Shown here: positions 33,923 to 44,097 of the stretch, one piece after another | How the letters are laid out: the number at the start of each line of letters is the position of its first letter | Position numbering within the stretch: the first letter of the stretch is position 1 | Assembly: GCA_963823555.1 (NCBI GenBank) | Contig: CAWGMA010000001.1 | Location: 1,568,001-1,632,000, forward strand | From: Candidatus Eiseniibacteriota bacterium | GTDB lineage: Bacteria; Eisenbacteria; RBG-16-71-46; CAVPCR01 | Length of the DNA stretch: 64,000 bases | Direction of reading: 5' to 3' | Notes under the pieces: generated by a model | Told to the model about the DNA's origin: nothing | The model's input: the letters and a program-made list of their open reading frames with translations, nothing else | Database searches by the model: none | Program-made: the position numbers and the translations under genes

Positions 33923-34612
33923 ATGAAGAAGAAAGTGGGCGTGATCCTGTCCGGATGCGGTGTCTTCGATGGCGCCGAGATCCACGAGGCCGTCCTCACC
34001 ATGCTGGCGCTCGACCGCGCCGGTGCTGAGATCGTTTGCATGGCTCCCAACAAGGACCAGGTCGACGTCATCGACCACCTGAGCGGGCAGCCGACCGGCG
34101 AGAAGCGCAACGTACTCGTCGAGGCCGCACGCATCGCCCGCGGCAAGATCCACGATGTCGCCAAGGTCAAGGCCGGCGATCTCGACGCGGTCGTTCTCCC
34201 TGGGGGGTTCGGCGCCGCCAAGAACCTCTCGAGCTTCGCCAGCGCCGGAGCCCAGTGCCAGGTCGAACCCAGCGTGGCGAGCTTGCTGCGCGAGCTTCAT
34301 GCCCAGGGTAAGCCCATCGCCGCGCTCTGTATCGCTCCGGCGGTCGTGGCCAAGGTATTCGGCAACGACATCCATCCGCAGCTCACGATCGGCAAGGACC
34401 CGGCGACAGCCAAGCAGATCAGCGCCACTGGCGCCCAGCATGTCGACGCCGGCACGGTCGATGTCGTCGTCGACCGCAAGAACAAGATCGTCTCCACCCC
34501 GTGCTACATGCTCGCCGGGCGCATCAGCGAGGTGGCAACCGGGGCCGAGAAGGCGGTCAACGCGCTGCTCGAGTTGGCTGGAGCACCCGCTCACGCCGCC
34601 GGAGCGCGGTGA
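33923..34612 (+). CDS. elbB: ElbB/ES1 DJ-1-family glyoxalase
   Basis: LSGCGVFDGAEIHE, EAARIARG, PGGFGAAKNLS, CIAP and STPCYM motifs. Confidence 0.93.
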   Translation: MKKKVGVILSGCGVFDGAEIHEAVLTMLALDRAGAEIVCMAPNKDQVDVIDHLSGQPTGEKRNVLVEAARIARGKIHDVAKVKAGDLDAVVLPGGFGAAKNLSSFASAGAQCQVEPSVASLLRELHAQGKPIAALCIAPAVVAKVFGNDIHPQLTIGKDPATAKQISATGAQHVDAGTVDVVVDRKNKIVSTPCYMLAGRISEVATGAEKAVNALLELAGAPAHAAGAR

Positions 34613-35403
34613 GACAGCCGGGGCGGCGGAGGCGAGAAGGCAAGTCCTTCAGCGTGCTCGCCGTTCTCATCGCTCTGGCCCTCGTCGGCAGTGGATGCCG
34701 GGGCCATCAACAGCCCGGCGGGGAGATCCTCGTCTTCGCCGCGGTGAGCACGAGCGACGCGCTCGCCCAGATCGGCCGCGAGTTCACCGTAGCTTCCGGC
34801 ATCACGGTTCGGTTCTCGTTCGGCGCCTCGAACATCCTGGCTCGCCAGCTCGTGACGGGAGCTCCAGCGGATGTTTTCGTCTCCGCCGATCGCGCCCAGA
34901 TGGACGAGCTCGAGCAGATCGGGCTCGTACGCCGGAGCGAACGCCGCGATCTGCTCGCGAACGTGCTCGTGGTGGTCGTTCCGAAGGAGGGCCGCATCGA
35001 CCTCGCCGGGGCCGACGATCTCCTCATGGTCGAGCGCCTGGCCATCGCCGATCCCGAGGGCGTTCCGGCCGGTGTCTACGCCAGGGAGTGGCTCTCGACG
35101 CGTGGCTTGTGGCGGGCCGTCGCCCAACGCCTCATCCCGACTTCCGACGTGAGGGCCGCACTCGCCGCGGTCGAGTCCGGAAGCGTGGACGCAGCGATCG
35201 TCTATCGCACCGATGCCGCCATCTCGCGCCGCGCCCGGGTCGCCTTCACGATTCCTGAGGCGGAGGGGCCGCGTATCCGCTACCAGGTGGCCCCGCTTGC
35301 CGGCGGTCGTAACCCCGACGCGGCGCGCGCCTTCATCACCTTCCTCGCGGGGCGAGAAGCACAGGCGATCTTCGCCCGCCATGGGTTCATCCCGCTCATC
35401 TAG
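34609..35403 (+). CDS. modA: Molybdate ABC transporter substrate-binding lipoprotein
   Basis: Lipobox GSGC, VFAAVS, GASNILARQ, VPAGVYA, DVRAAL and VYRTDA; GTG overlaps the elbB TGA. Confidence 0.9.
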   Translation: MRQPGRRRREGKSFSVLAVLIALALVGSGCRGHQQPGGEILVFAAVSTSDALAQIGREFTVASGITVRFSFGASNILARQLVTGAPADVFVSADRAQMDELEQIGLVRRSERRDLLANVLVVVVPKEGRIDLAGADDLLMVERLAIADPEGVPAGVYAREWLSTRGLWRAVAQRLIPTSDVRAALAAVESGSVDAAIVYRTDAAISRRARVAFTIPEAEGPRIRYQVAPLAGGRNPDAARAFITFLAGREAQAIFARHGFIPLI

Positions 35404-35411
35404 GAAGGCCC

Positions 35412-36092
35412 ATGCCCACCGCCGAGGACCTGCGGATTCTGCTCTTCACGATCGAGGTCGCCGCCCTCGCCACGATCCTCATCCTGCCTCTGGGAATCGC
35501 CTCCGCGCTCTGGCTCGCGCGCTGGCGGGGTCCGGGCAAGCACGTGGTCGAGACGATGCTCTCCCTGCCGCTCGTTCTACCTCCAACCGCCGTCGGTCTG
35601 CTCCTCCTTGGCTTCGCCGGCCGCTCGGGCCCGCTCGGTCGCCTCCTGGCTGCCGCCGGCATCGAGATCGTCTTCACCTGGAAGGCGGTCGTCCTCGCCG
35701 TTGCCGTCATGTCGTTCCCGCTTCTCGTGCGTTCGGCGCGCACCGCGTTCGAGGAGGTGGACCCGCGGCTGGTCTCGATCGCGCGGACGCTCGGGCTCGG
35801 CCCGGCGGCGGTGTTCTCGCGTGTCCTCTTGCCGCTCGCCTGGCGCGGCATCCTGGCCGGAACATTGCTGGCGTTCACGCGGGCCCTCGGGGAGTTCGGG
35901 GCGACGATCCTCATCGCCGGCAACATTCCCGGTAAGACGCAGACACTTGCCCTCGCCATCTTCCAGCGTACGCAGACCGGCCACGATGATGCCGCTTTCC
36001 GGCTCGTCGGCCTCACGGTGCTGATCGCCTTCGTCGCGGTGTGGACGACCGAGATCATCACCCGCCGGCGCGGGCGCCGGCTCGAGAGCTGA
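35412..36092 (+). CDS. modB: Molybdate ABC transporter permease
   Basis: LPLVLPPTAVG and FTRALGEFGAT..GNIPGKTQT. Confidence 0.95.
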   Translation: MPTAEDLRILLFTIEVAALATILILPLGIASALWLARWRGPGKHVVETMLSLPLVLPPTAVGLLLLGFAGRSGPLGRLLAAAGIEIVFTWKAVVLAVAVMSFPLLVRSARTAFEEVDPRLVSIARTLGLGPAAVFSRVLLPLAWRGILAGTLLAFTRALGEFGATILIAGNIPGKTQTLALAIFQRTQTGHDDAAFRLVGLTVLIAFVAVWTTEIITRRRGRRLES

Positions 36093-36105
36093 GAGGAGAG
36101 CGCCG

Positions 36106-37188
<1,083 letters not shown>

Positions 37189-37225
37189 GAATCCCTCTCA
37201 TCCCCTGATCGCTGCATCGTTGGTG

Positions 37226-37257
37226 TTGATCAGGCCGCAATATTGCTGTATCATCAA
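37226..37257 (+). promoter_or_regulatory. Sigma70 promoter overlapped by a dyad-symmetric operator
   Basis: TTGATC-17 bp-TATCAT; palindrome GCAATATTGC and outer TTGAT/ATCAA arms share one centre. Confidence 0.6.
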
Positions 37258-37359
37258 GCACTGGTGGCGTTTGCACGACCCAGCGCCACTTGCGTACGCA
37301 ACCATGAGTCGCGTGGCCATCTCGAGCGGTCAAGGCGCGCACCGCGGAGGAATCAGCTG

Positions 37360-38259
37360 ATGACACGTTCGTTAAGGATCCTGAGCCTTGTGCTCTTCGC
37401 CACCCTGGCGGCCGGACTCTTCGCCTCGGCCACGGCCGAGCTGGTGATCCTCATGCCCGAGTCCACCAACAAGACCGTCCAGAAGTTCGATCCCGTGACC
37501 GGGGACCACCTCGGCACCTTCATCGGCCCCGATGACGCCAATCTCTCGACTCCCCAGCAGTGCGCTGTCAACGTCACCGGGGTCCTCGTCTCAGATCAGC
37601 TTGACGACGCCGTTCGGCAGTACGACTTCAACGGCGGCTTCGTCGGCACCTTCGCCGGCGGCCTCGACAACCTGCGCGGCATCACCGCGCACAATGGCAA
37701 GCTGTACTGCGCGGTCGCGGGCACGGCCCAGAACTCGATCATCCACTTCGATCTCGACAGCGGGGCGCCGCTCGGCGATTTCATCGCGGCTGGCGTCGGC
37801 GGCATCAACGGCCCCTGGGACATCCTCTTCCGCACCGAGGGCGATGTCCTCGTCGTCTCGATCAACTCCGACAACATCCTTCGCTACGACATCGATGGCA
37901 ATCCTCTCGGCGTGTTCGCATCCAACGTCCCGTTTGGTGAGCAGATCATCCAGGCGGCGAATGGCAACGTCATCTGCGCCGACTTCACGCGCGGCGCCCT
38001 CCTCGAGTTCCTCCCGGACGGCACGGAGATCGCGGCTCTGAGCGGCGTCAGCGGCCCCCGGGGTGTCTTCGAGCTCCCCAACGGGAACCTCCTCGCGTCG
38101 AACGGAAGCGGTGTCTACGAGGTCGGTCGCGGTTCCGGCGGCATCGTCAGCACCAAGCTCACGGGAGTGAGCGCTCGCATGTTCCAGCTCATCGATCTCG
38201 AGCCGCCGGTGGCGGTCGAGCCCGCGACCTGGGGCGGCATCAAGGCGCGATTCCAGTAG
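37360..38259 (+). CDS. Secreted NHL/beta-propeller-like protein with a C-terminal TWGGIK tail
   Basis: GGAGG RBS, Sec signal peptide, ~40-aa blades (FDPVTGDHLGTF, YDFNGGFVGTF, FDLDSGAPLGDF, YDIDGNPLGVF); ends VAVEPATWGGIKARFQ. Confidence 0.8.
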   Translation: MTRSLRILSLVLFATLAAGLFASATAELVILMPESTNKTVQKFDPVTGDHLGTFIGPDDANLSTPQQCAVNVTGVLVSDQLDDAVRQYDFNGGFVGTFAGGLDNLRGITAHNGKLYCAVAGTAQNSIIHFDLDSGAPLGDFIAAGVGGINGPWDILFRTEGDVLVVSINSDNILRYDIDGNPLGVFASNVPFGEQIIQAANGNVICADFTRGALLEFLPDGTEIAALSGVSGPRGVFELPNGNLLASNGSGVYEVGRGSGGIVSTKLTGVSARMFQLIDLEPPVAVEPATWGGIKARFQ

Positions 38260-38295
38260 AAACCAAGCGGACACCACGTCGCCCGGCATCGTGAC

Positions 38296-38329
38296 AAGGG
38301 GCATCGCTCGCAGGAGCGATGCCCCTTTT
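38296..38329 (+). terminator. Rho-independent terminator
   Basis: AAGGGGCATCGCTC-GCAG-GAGCGATGCCCCTTTT. Confidence 0.85.
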
Positions 38330-38430
38330 CCTAGCAGCCGCAGGCGGGCGTTTAGGTCTGGCTTTGGCTTCTCATGTGCAGTATCGTCACCCCGAAAGCG
38401 GTTCGACCCCGATGATGGAGGAGGAAGCGA

Positions 38431-38658
38431 ATGCCCAGACACCCGGGCGCCCATCGCGCAGAGAAGCGGCGGAAGGAGCTCAAGCGCCAGAAGAAGCAGG
38501 AGGCCAAGCGGCTCCGCCGCGACGAGAAGTCTCAATCCCAGCGTGAGGACGGTTCCCCTGACGAAGCCAATCCCGATCAGGAGATGGAACGAGATCTGGT
38601 GGATTCAGTGACAGCCGAGGACGCACCAGCCGCCGAACAAGGCGAGCGCGACGCGTGA
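38431..38658 (+). CDS. Small hypothetical protein, basic N-half and acidic C-half
   Basis: GGAGGAGG RBS; fills an intergenic gap; 75 aa. Confidence 0.5.
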   Translation: MPRHPGAHRAEKRRKELKRQKKQEAKRLRRDEKSQSQREDGSPDEANPDQEMERDLVDSVTAEDAPAAEQGERDA

Positions 38659-38719
38659 CGGTTCGCTCCGCATCCCGTCCCCCCCATCGCCGCCGGCATG
38701 AGCCCCCACGAGGTTCCCT

Positions 38720-39919
38720 CTAAGCGCCGTGCCCCAGTGCGCTGAAGAACTCGATCAGGCGATCCGTGCGCCGATCCCACGTATAGGCGGCGACATCGGT
38801 CCGCGCCTGCGCCGCGAGCCCGGCACCGAGCGCGCAGTCCCCGAGAACCGCCGCCATCCCGGCGGCGAGCGCCGCCGGCGATTCCGGTTCGACGAGGAAT
38901 GCGTTCTCCCGGTGGCGTAGCACCTCCCGGATCGCAGGCAAGTCGGCCGCCACGATCGGCACGCCGCTTGCCATGTACTCGAAGAGCTTGATCGGGGAGG
39001 AGAAGAAGCCCCCCATCACCGTGCGCCGGTTCGGCAGCACGAGACAGTCCGCCCGGCGGTAGAGATCCCGGACTTCCCCGTGGGGCACCAATCCACGGAA
39101 GCGCACCCGCTCGGCCACGCCTTCCCCACGGGCGAAGGTCTCGAGCGCGCCGAGCCGGGAACCCCCGGGATCACCCCCCACGATCTCGAGCGACGCCTCC
39201 GCCGGAAGATCGCGCATGGCCGCGATCACGAGCTCGACGCCCTTCCAGTCCAGAAGCTGCCCCGCATAGAGAACGAGCGGCTGGATGCTCGCCGCGGTGG
39301 AACCGGCCTCCCCCGCCAACGCCGTTCCACTGCGAATCGTCGTTATCGGGAGTGGGCGCCGCACCGCGCGCTCGAGAAGCTGCCGCGTGATATCGGTGAT
39401 CGCGATGGCGCCGTCGGCTCCTTCCAGCGCTCGCGCCTCCGGAAGATCCGGTATCGGCCTGTCGTCGGCGCAGAGAGCCTCGACCTCCGCATAGGACCGA
39501 TCGAGGAGGGACGGCAAGTCGTGCACCTCGATCACGATGCGAAACCGGGCGCCCGCGAGCCGCCTGAGGCGCACGAGCTCTCGCACCGTGCGGAACCTCC
39601 TCACGAGGACGACGAGCTCCCCCGACCTCCCGGCGCCGTGGTGGCGGACCAGCATACGCAACCAGTGCCAGCGGCTGGCGAGGCTGGCATGGCTGCGACG
39701 GCTCGACGGCGAGAGGTGAATCTCGAGCGCGCGCGGCGCAGAGAACCCGTAACGACCGAGTCCATCCGCGATCGACTCGACGGGGAGCTCGGGGTTCGGC
39801 TTCGCGAACAGGTGAGTCTCGATACCGCGAGCTGCCAGGCCGACACCCGTGTACAGCATCTGCACGGTATGGGCCCGCTCACTGGGGAAGAAGAACTGAT
39901 GCAGGTAGACGACGATCAT
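38720..39919 (-). CDS. GT4 glycosyltransferase
   Basis: YAGQLLDWKG and SPIKLFEYMASGVPIVA motifs. Confidence 0.9.
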   Translation of the reverse strand: MIVVYLHQFFFPSERAHTVQMLYTGVGLAARGIETHLFAKPNPELPVESIADGLGRYGFSAPRALEIHLSPSSRRSHASLASRWHWLRMLVRHHGAGRSGELVVLVRRFRTVRELVRLRRLAGARFRIVIEVHDLPSLLDRSYAEVEALCADDRPIPDLPEARALEGADGAIAITDITRQLLERAVRRPLPITTIRSGTALAGEAGSTAASIQPLVLYAGQLLDWKGVELVIAAMRDLPAEASLEIVGGDPGGSRLGALETFARGEGVAERVRFRGLVPHGEVRDLYRRADCLVLPNRRTVMGGFFSSPIKLFEYMASGVPIVAADLPAIREVLRHRENAFLVEPESPAALAAGMAAVLGDCALGAGLAAQARTDVAAYTWDRRTDRLIEFFSALGHGA

Positions 39920-41037
39920 GGCCCCGGCCGGATCCCGAAGACGAGACGCCGAAAATAGGCTTCGATGCGAGTGACGACCGGAGGAAAGGCGAACTCGCGT
40001 TCGACCAGAGCGCGACCGGCCGCGCCCTGGCGCGCGCGGAGAGCGGAATCCCCGAGCAGTTCGCCGACCCGCGCCGCGAAGGCGGTCCCATCGCCGGGGG
40101 GAACGAGGAAACCCGTTACCGCGTCGCGGACGATGTCCGGACTATCGCCGACCGCGCTCGCCACGACCGGGCGGCCGACGGCCATGGCCTCGAGGATCAC
40201 GTTCGGGAAGCCCTCGGCAAGAGATGGCAAGACCACCACATCCGAGGCGGCCAGCAACGCAGCCGCATCGTTGCGATGGCCGGTCATGATCACGATGTCC
40301 TCGAGCCCCAGACGGGCACGCTCCGCCTCGATCGCCTCCCGCTCCGCCCCATCCCCGACCACCAGGTAGCGCGCGGCAGGAAAGCGGGCGCGGAGCCGCG
40401 CGGCCGCCGTGAGGAGAATCGTGTGTCCCTTCTGGCCGGAAAGCCGAGCCAGATGGAGCACCACCTGCCCCTCTCCAGCGGTGGGAAGCCCTTCGATGCC
40501 GGCGATGGCGGCCCGCTCCGGGCGATAGGGAAACACGTCGACGTCGACGCCGTTCGGCACGACCTCGATCGGCACCCGGAGCCAGGAGAAGGTCTCAAGA
40601 TGGTCGGCGATCGAACGAGCCGGCGTGAGAATGCCATCGACGAGATGGGCGTACGTCAGACGATAACGCCAGTTGTCAGCGATGAGGGGCAATCCCTTCC
40701 GGCAGATCACGCGTGGGCCACGTTTTCCCAGACTCCGCGCGGCCAGACCCGAGAGCCGGACTTCCTTGTCGAACGTGTTGACGACCAGGTCCGCCTCGAA
40801 GTCGCTCATGAGCGCACGGAGCCGCGAGAAGGTGAACGGATCGAGATCACTCGCGAACCTCACGGCATGGCTGGAGAGCCGGGCCGCCGTCGCGGCGGCG
40901 AGAAGGCGGCTCTGCGGGCGCGCGGCGACCGCCACGGCATGCCCTCGTCCCACGAGCGCCTCGGCCATTCGCACTACCCACTTCTCTCCGCCTCCCCACA
41001 GCGTCTGGCGCGCCGAGGACACGAAGAGAGCACGCAC
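39916..41037 (-). CDS. GT4 glycosyltransferase
   Basis: WGGGEKW, PNGVD, QKGH and EGFPNVILEAMA; GTG start at 41037 is inferred. Confidence 0.88.
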   Translation of the reverse strand: MRALFVSSARQTLWGGGEKWVVRMAEALVGRGHAVAVAARPQSRLLAAATAARLSSHAVRFASDLDPFTFSRLRALMSDFEADLVVNTFDKEVRLSGLAARSLGKRGPRVICRKGLPLIADNWRYRLTYAHLVDGILTPARSIADHLETFSWLRVPIEVVPNGVDVDVFPYRPERAAIAGIEGLPTAGEGQVVLHLARLSGQKGHTILLTAAARLRARFPAARYLVVGDGAEREAIEAERARLGLEDIVIMTGHRNDAAALLAASDVVVLPSLAEGFPNVILEAMAVGRPVVASAVGDSPDIVRDAVTGFLVPPGDGTAFAARVGELLGDSALRARQGAAGRALVEREFAFPPVVTRIEAYFRRLVFGIRPGP

Positions 41038-41081
41038 GCCCGGGCCACCATCGAGCGCAGCGCCGCGCTGGACCGACAAGG

Positions 41082-41837
41082 CTAGCGGTGCCGCCACACC
41101 GGTGGCCGGCGCTCCATGAACGACTTGAGTCCCTCCGTGGCATCCTCGGTCGCCATGAGCTCCTCGAGGTAGAGCCGTTCGATCGCTCGCAGATTGTCGG
41201 TGCACGCGCGCCCCAGAGCCAGGGCGCGGCGGGCATGACGGAGTGCGGCATCCGAGTTGCGGAGGAGCTGATCGAGCAGCGTCTCGAGAGCTGGATCGAG
41301 CTCACCGGGCGCGGCGACCCGGCTCGCCAGACCGAGCTCGACCGCCCGCGCCCCGCTCATCTCCTCCCCGGTGAGGATCAAGTCCGCGACCACGGCGTCG
41401 GCAAAGCGCCCGGGAAAGCGCGCCGCCGCCCAGGGTGGGAAGACTCCGAGACGGATCTCCGGAACCCCGAGGCGGCAGTCGGCGGTCACCACGACGAGAT
41501 CGCACGCCAGCGCCACCTCGAAACCTCCGCCCAGGGCGGCGCCATGCACCGCCGCCACCGACACCGCGGGCATCGCCTCGAGTCGGGTCAAGACCGCGTG
41601 GAAGAGACGGATCATGTCCTCGACCTTCTCCGGCACGTGGTCGGCGACATCGACTCCGGCCGAGAACACCTTGCCTTCACCACGCAACACGATGACCGCC
41701 TCCTTCGCCTCCGCGAGAGCACGATCAAGCTCGGCAAGGAGCTCCAGGTGGATCACGTTCACCGGTGGCCGGCGGAGCCGGATCTCGCACACCCGGCCAT
41801 CGCGGATCCGCTTGACGTCGATATGCTTCGCATCCAT
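41082..41837 (-). CDS. Enoyl-CoA hydratase/isomerase (dienoyl-CoA hydratase Dch-like)
   Basis: RPPVNV, FSAGVDVADH, ALGGGFE and PEIRLGVFPP motifs. Confidence 0.85.
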   Translation of the reverse strand: MDAKHIDVKRIRDGRVCEIRLRRPPVNVIHLELLAELDRALAEAKEAVIVLRGEGKVFSAGVDVADHVPEKVEDMIRLFHAVLTRLEAMPAVSVAAVHGAALGGGFEVALACDLVVVTADCRLGVPEIRLGVFPPWAAARFPGRFADAVVADLILTGEEMSGARAVELGLASRVAAPGELDPALETLLDQLLRNSDAALRHARRALALGRACTDNLRAIERLYLEELMATEDATEGLKSFMERRPPVWRHR

Positions 41838-41858
41838 GCCTTGTTCCTCCCCCGTTCA

Positions 41859-43061
41859 CTAGCGGTGCAGGAGCGCCGCCATCCCCTGGCCTCCAGACAC
41901 GCAGAGCGTGGCCATTCCGAGCGGTGCGTCCCGCCGCCGCATCTCGTGGGCGAGGGTGACCACGATCCGAGCTCCGGTGCACCCGATCGGATGCCCGAGG
42001 GCGATCGCCCCGCCGAGAACATTCATCCGCTCACGATCCAGGTGGAGCTCGCGGTCACAGGCGAGGACCTGAGCGGCGAATGCCTCGTTGAGCTCGATGA
42101 GATCGATCTTCTCGAGCTCGACCCCGGTGCGTTCGAGAAGTCGTTTGACCGCAGGGACCGGTCCGATGCCCATCTCCGCGGGATCGACGCCGGCGGAGGT
42201 GAAGGGGCCGATCCGCGCCAGCAGGCCATTCTCGAGCGGCCCCGTGACGAGCTCCTGCGCCCTGCGCGCGCTGACGAGAACCAGGGCTGCAGCGCCGTCG
42301 ACAATCCCGGATGAATTGCCGGCCGTCACCGTGCCGTTCTTGCGGAAGACCGGCTTCAGCTTGCCCAGGCCTTCGATGGTCGTCTCGGGGCGCGGGTGCT
42401 CGTCGCTGTCGATGATGGTCTCTCCCGCGCGGCCGGCAACGCGCACCGGCACGATCTCGTCCCGGAATCGACCGGCGGCGATCGCAACCTGGGCCCGGCG
42501 CTGACTCTCGAGCGCGAACGCATCCTGCTCCTCACGCGGGATACCGTAACGATCGACGAGATTCTCCGCGGTCTCCCCCATCACCTGGTTGGCGATCCGA
42601 CACACGAACCCATCGCGGTACATGCCATCCATGAGCTCGATGGCGCCCAGCTTGTGGCCGGTGCGCAGCCCCTCGATCATGAAGGGCACGCGCGACATGT
42701 TCTCGGTACCGCCGACGACCACGACCTCGGCATCGCCCGCGGAGATCGCATGAGCACCGAGCTCGATCGACTTGAGCCCCGAGGCGCAGGCCATGTTCAT
42801 GGTGTACGCCGGGGCCTCGATCGGCAGCCCGGCGGCGACCGCGATCTGCCGCGCCGGATTGGGACCGACCCCGGCCTGGCGGGCGTTGCCGAAGATGAGG
42901 CCGTCCACCTCCTCGGGACGCACGCCGGCGCGCTCGATGGCGGCGCGGACGGCGACCACTCCGAGTTCGACAGCGCTGATTCCTGAAAGACCGCCGAGGA
43001 AGCGCCCGATCGGCGTCCTGACGGCGGATGCTATGAAGGCCGCGGCTCCGCTCTGCTTCAT
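41859..43061 (-). CDS. Acetyl-CoA C-acyltransferase (thiolase)
   Basis: NMACASG, NEAFA, GHPIG and CVSGGQG motifs. Confidence 0.95.
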   Translation of the reverse strand: MKQSGAAAFIASAVRTPIGRFLGGLSGISAVELGVVAVRAAIERAGVRPEEVDGLIFGNARQAGVGPNPARQIAVAAGLPIEAPAYTMNMACASGLKSIELGAHAISAGDAEVVVVGGTENMSRVPFMIEGLRTGHKLGAIELMDGMYRDGFVCRIANQVMGETAENLVDRYGIPREEQDAFALESQRRAQVAIAAGRFRDEIVPVRVAGRAGETIIDSDEHPRPETTIEGLGKLKPVFRKNGTVTAGNSSGIVDGAAALVLVSARRAQELVTGPLENGLLARIGPFTSAGVDPAEMGIGPVPAVKRLLERTGVELEKIDLIELNEAFAAQVLACDRELHLDRERMNVLGGAIALGHPIGCTGARIVVTLAHEMRRRDAPLGMATLCVSGGQGMAALLHR

Positions 43062-43801
43062 CGTCTCTCCTCCCCTGCCGGTTCGCCCAGGATAGCAGCC
43101 AGCACCTGATCGAGCTCACTCAAGTCCCTGAAGATGGCATCGGGGTTGTGTGCCGCCAGCTCCTCCACCGTGAACGGACCGGTGGCGACCGCGATCGTGA
43201 TCGCGCCCGCCGCCGCTCCGCAGTCGATGTCGAGCGGGGTGTCCCCGATGACAACGACATCCCGGGGCGCAAACCGGTGGCCGGAGATCACGTGCGCACG
43301 ATCGATCGCGATCGCAACAAGGGCGCGGCGGTCCTCGGCATCGGAGCCGTAGGCGCCGAGCTGGAACAGGTGGCGGATGCCGAAGTACTCGAGCTTGATC
43401 GCCGCCCCACGCTCCAGGTTTCCGGTCAGGAGTCCGAGCAGAACCTGGGGATCGGCGGCAAGGCGCGTCAGGAGCTCCCTCACCCCCGGGAACAGGCGTG
43501 GGCGGTCGGAGGCAGCGAGTGCGGGCGCGAAACGTTCGAGATAGCGCTCGAGCACATCTCCGATCACCCGCTCGATGGCCGGCGCGTCATACCCTTCGCG
43601 AAGCAGGAGCTCGCGGACGATGCGGGGATCGGTCCGCCCTGCCATCGAGTAGCCCTGCATCGACACCGGATGTCCGACCACCTCGGACAGCGCCGCGGAG
43701 AAGATGCTCGAGGCGACACCCGCGGACGTCAGGAGCGTGCCGTCGATGTCGAAGAGAACGAGGCGCGAAGGACGGCTCGGAGCGTTCGAGTTCAAGGGCA
43801 T
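43058..43801 (-). CDS. HAD-family phosphatase
   Basis: [11 protein letters not shown] and IGDTPLD; 4-bp overlap with the thiolase. Confidence 0.9.
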   Translation of the reverse strand: MPLNSNAPSRPSRLVLFDIDGTLLTSAGVASSIFSAALSEVVGHPVSMQGYSMAGRTDPRIVRELLLREGYDAPAIERVIGDVLERYLERFAPALAASDRPRLFPGVRELLTRLAADPQVLLGLLTGNLERGAAIKLEYFGIRHLFQLGAYGSDAEDRRALVAIAIDRAHVISGHRFAPRDVVVIGDTPLDIDCGAAAGAITIAVATGPFTVEELAAHNPDAIFRDLSELDQVLAAILGEPAGEERR

Positions 43802-44097
43802 GGCCGATGACGGGAGTGGTCACGCCTGGCGTTGAAACCGCCGGAAGTGCGTGATTGCCAAAAGAATCGAGGAATGCGACGACGGAGGCTATCACGCCAT
43901 CGTGAGACCGTCCACCGTTCCCCCTCGGTCCAACCGCCACCGCCATCCCGATGCCGCATCGCCTGGCGGGCGCCGTTCCGGTAGGATCACTGGCCATCAG
44001 CAGCCAGCTGGACCCGAAAGCGAAGCCTCCGCCGGCGAGGCCGCGTGTAGACTGAGCCATTCAGTCGCAGCACCGATCGCTCGTTTATCTGGAGCTC

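Noticed and set aside
32687..34594. 635-aa minus-strand ORF
   Set aside because: Antisense shadow of the larA-like gene and elbB.
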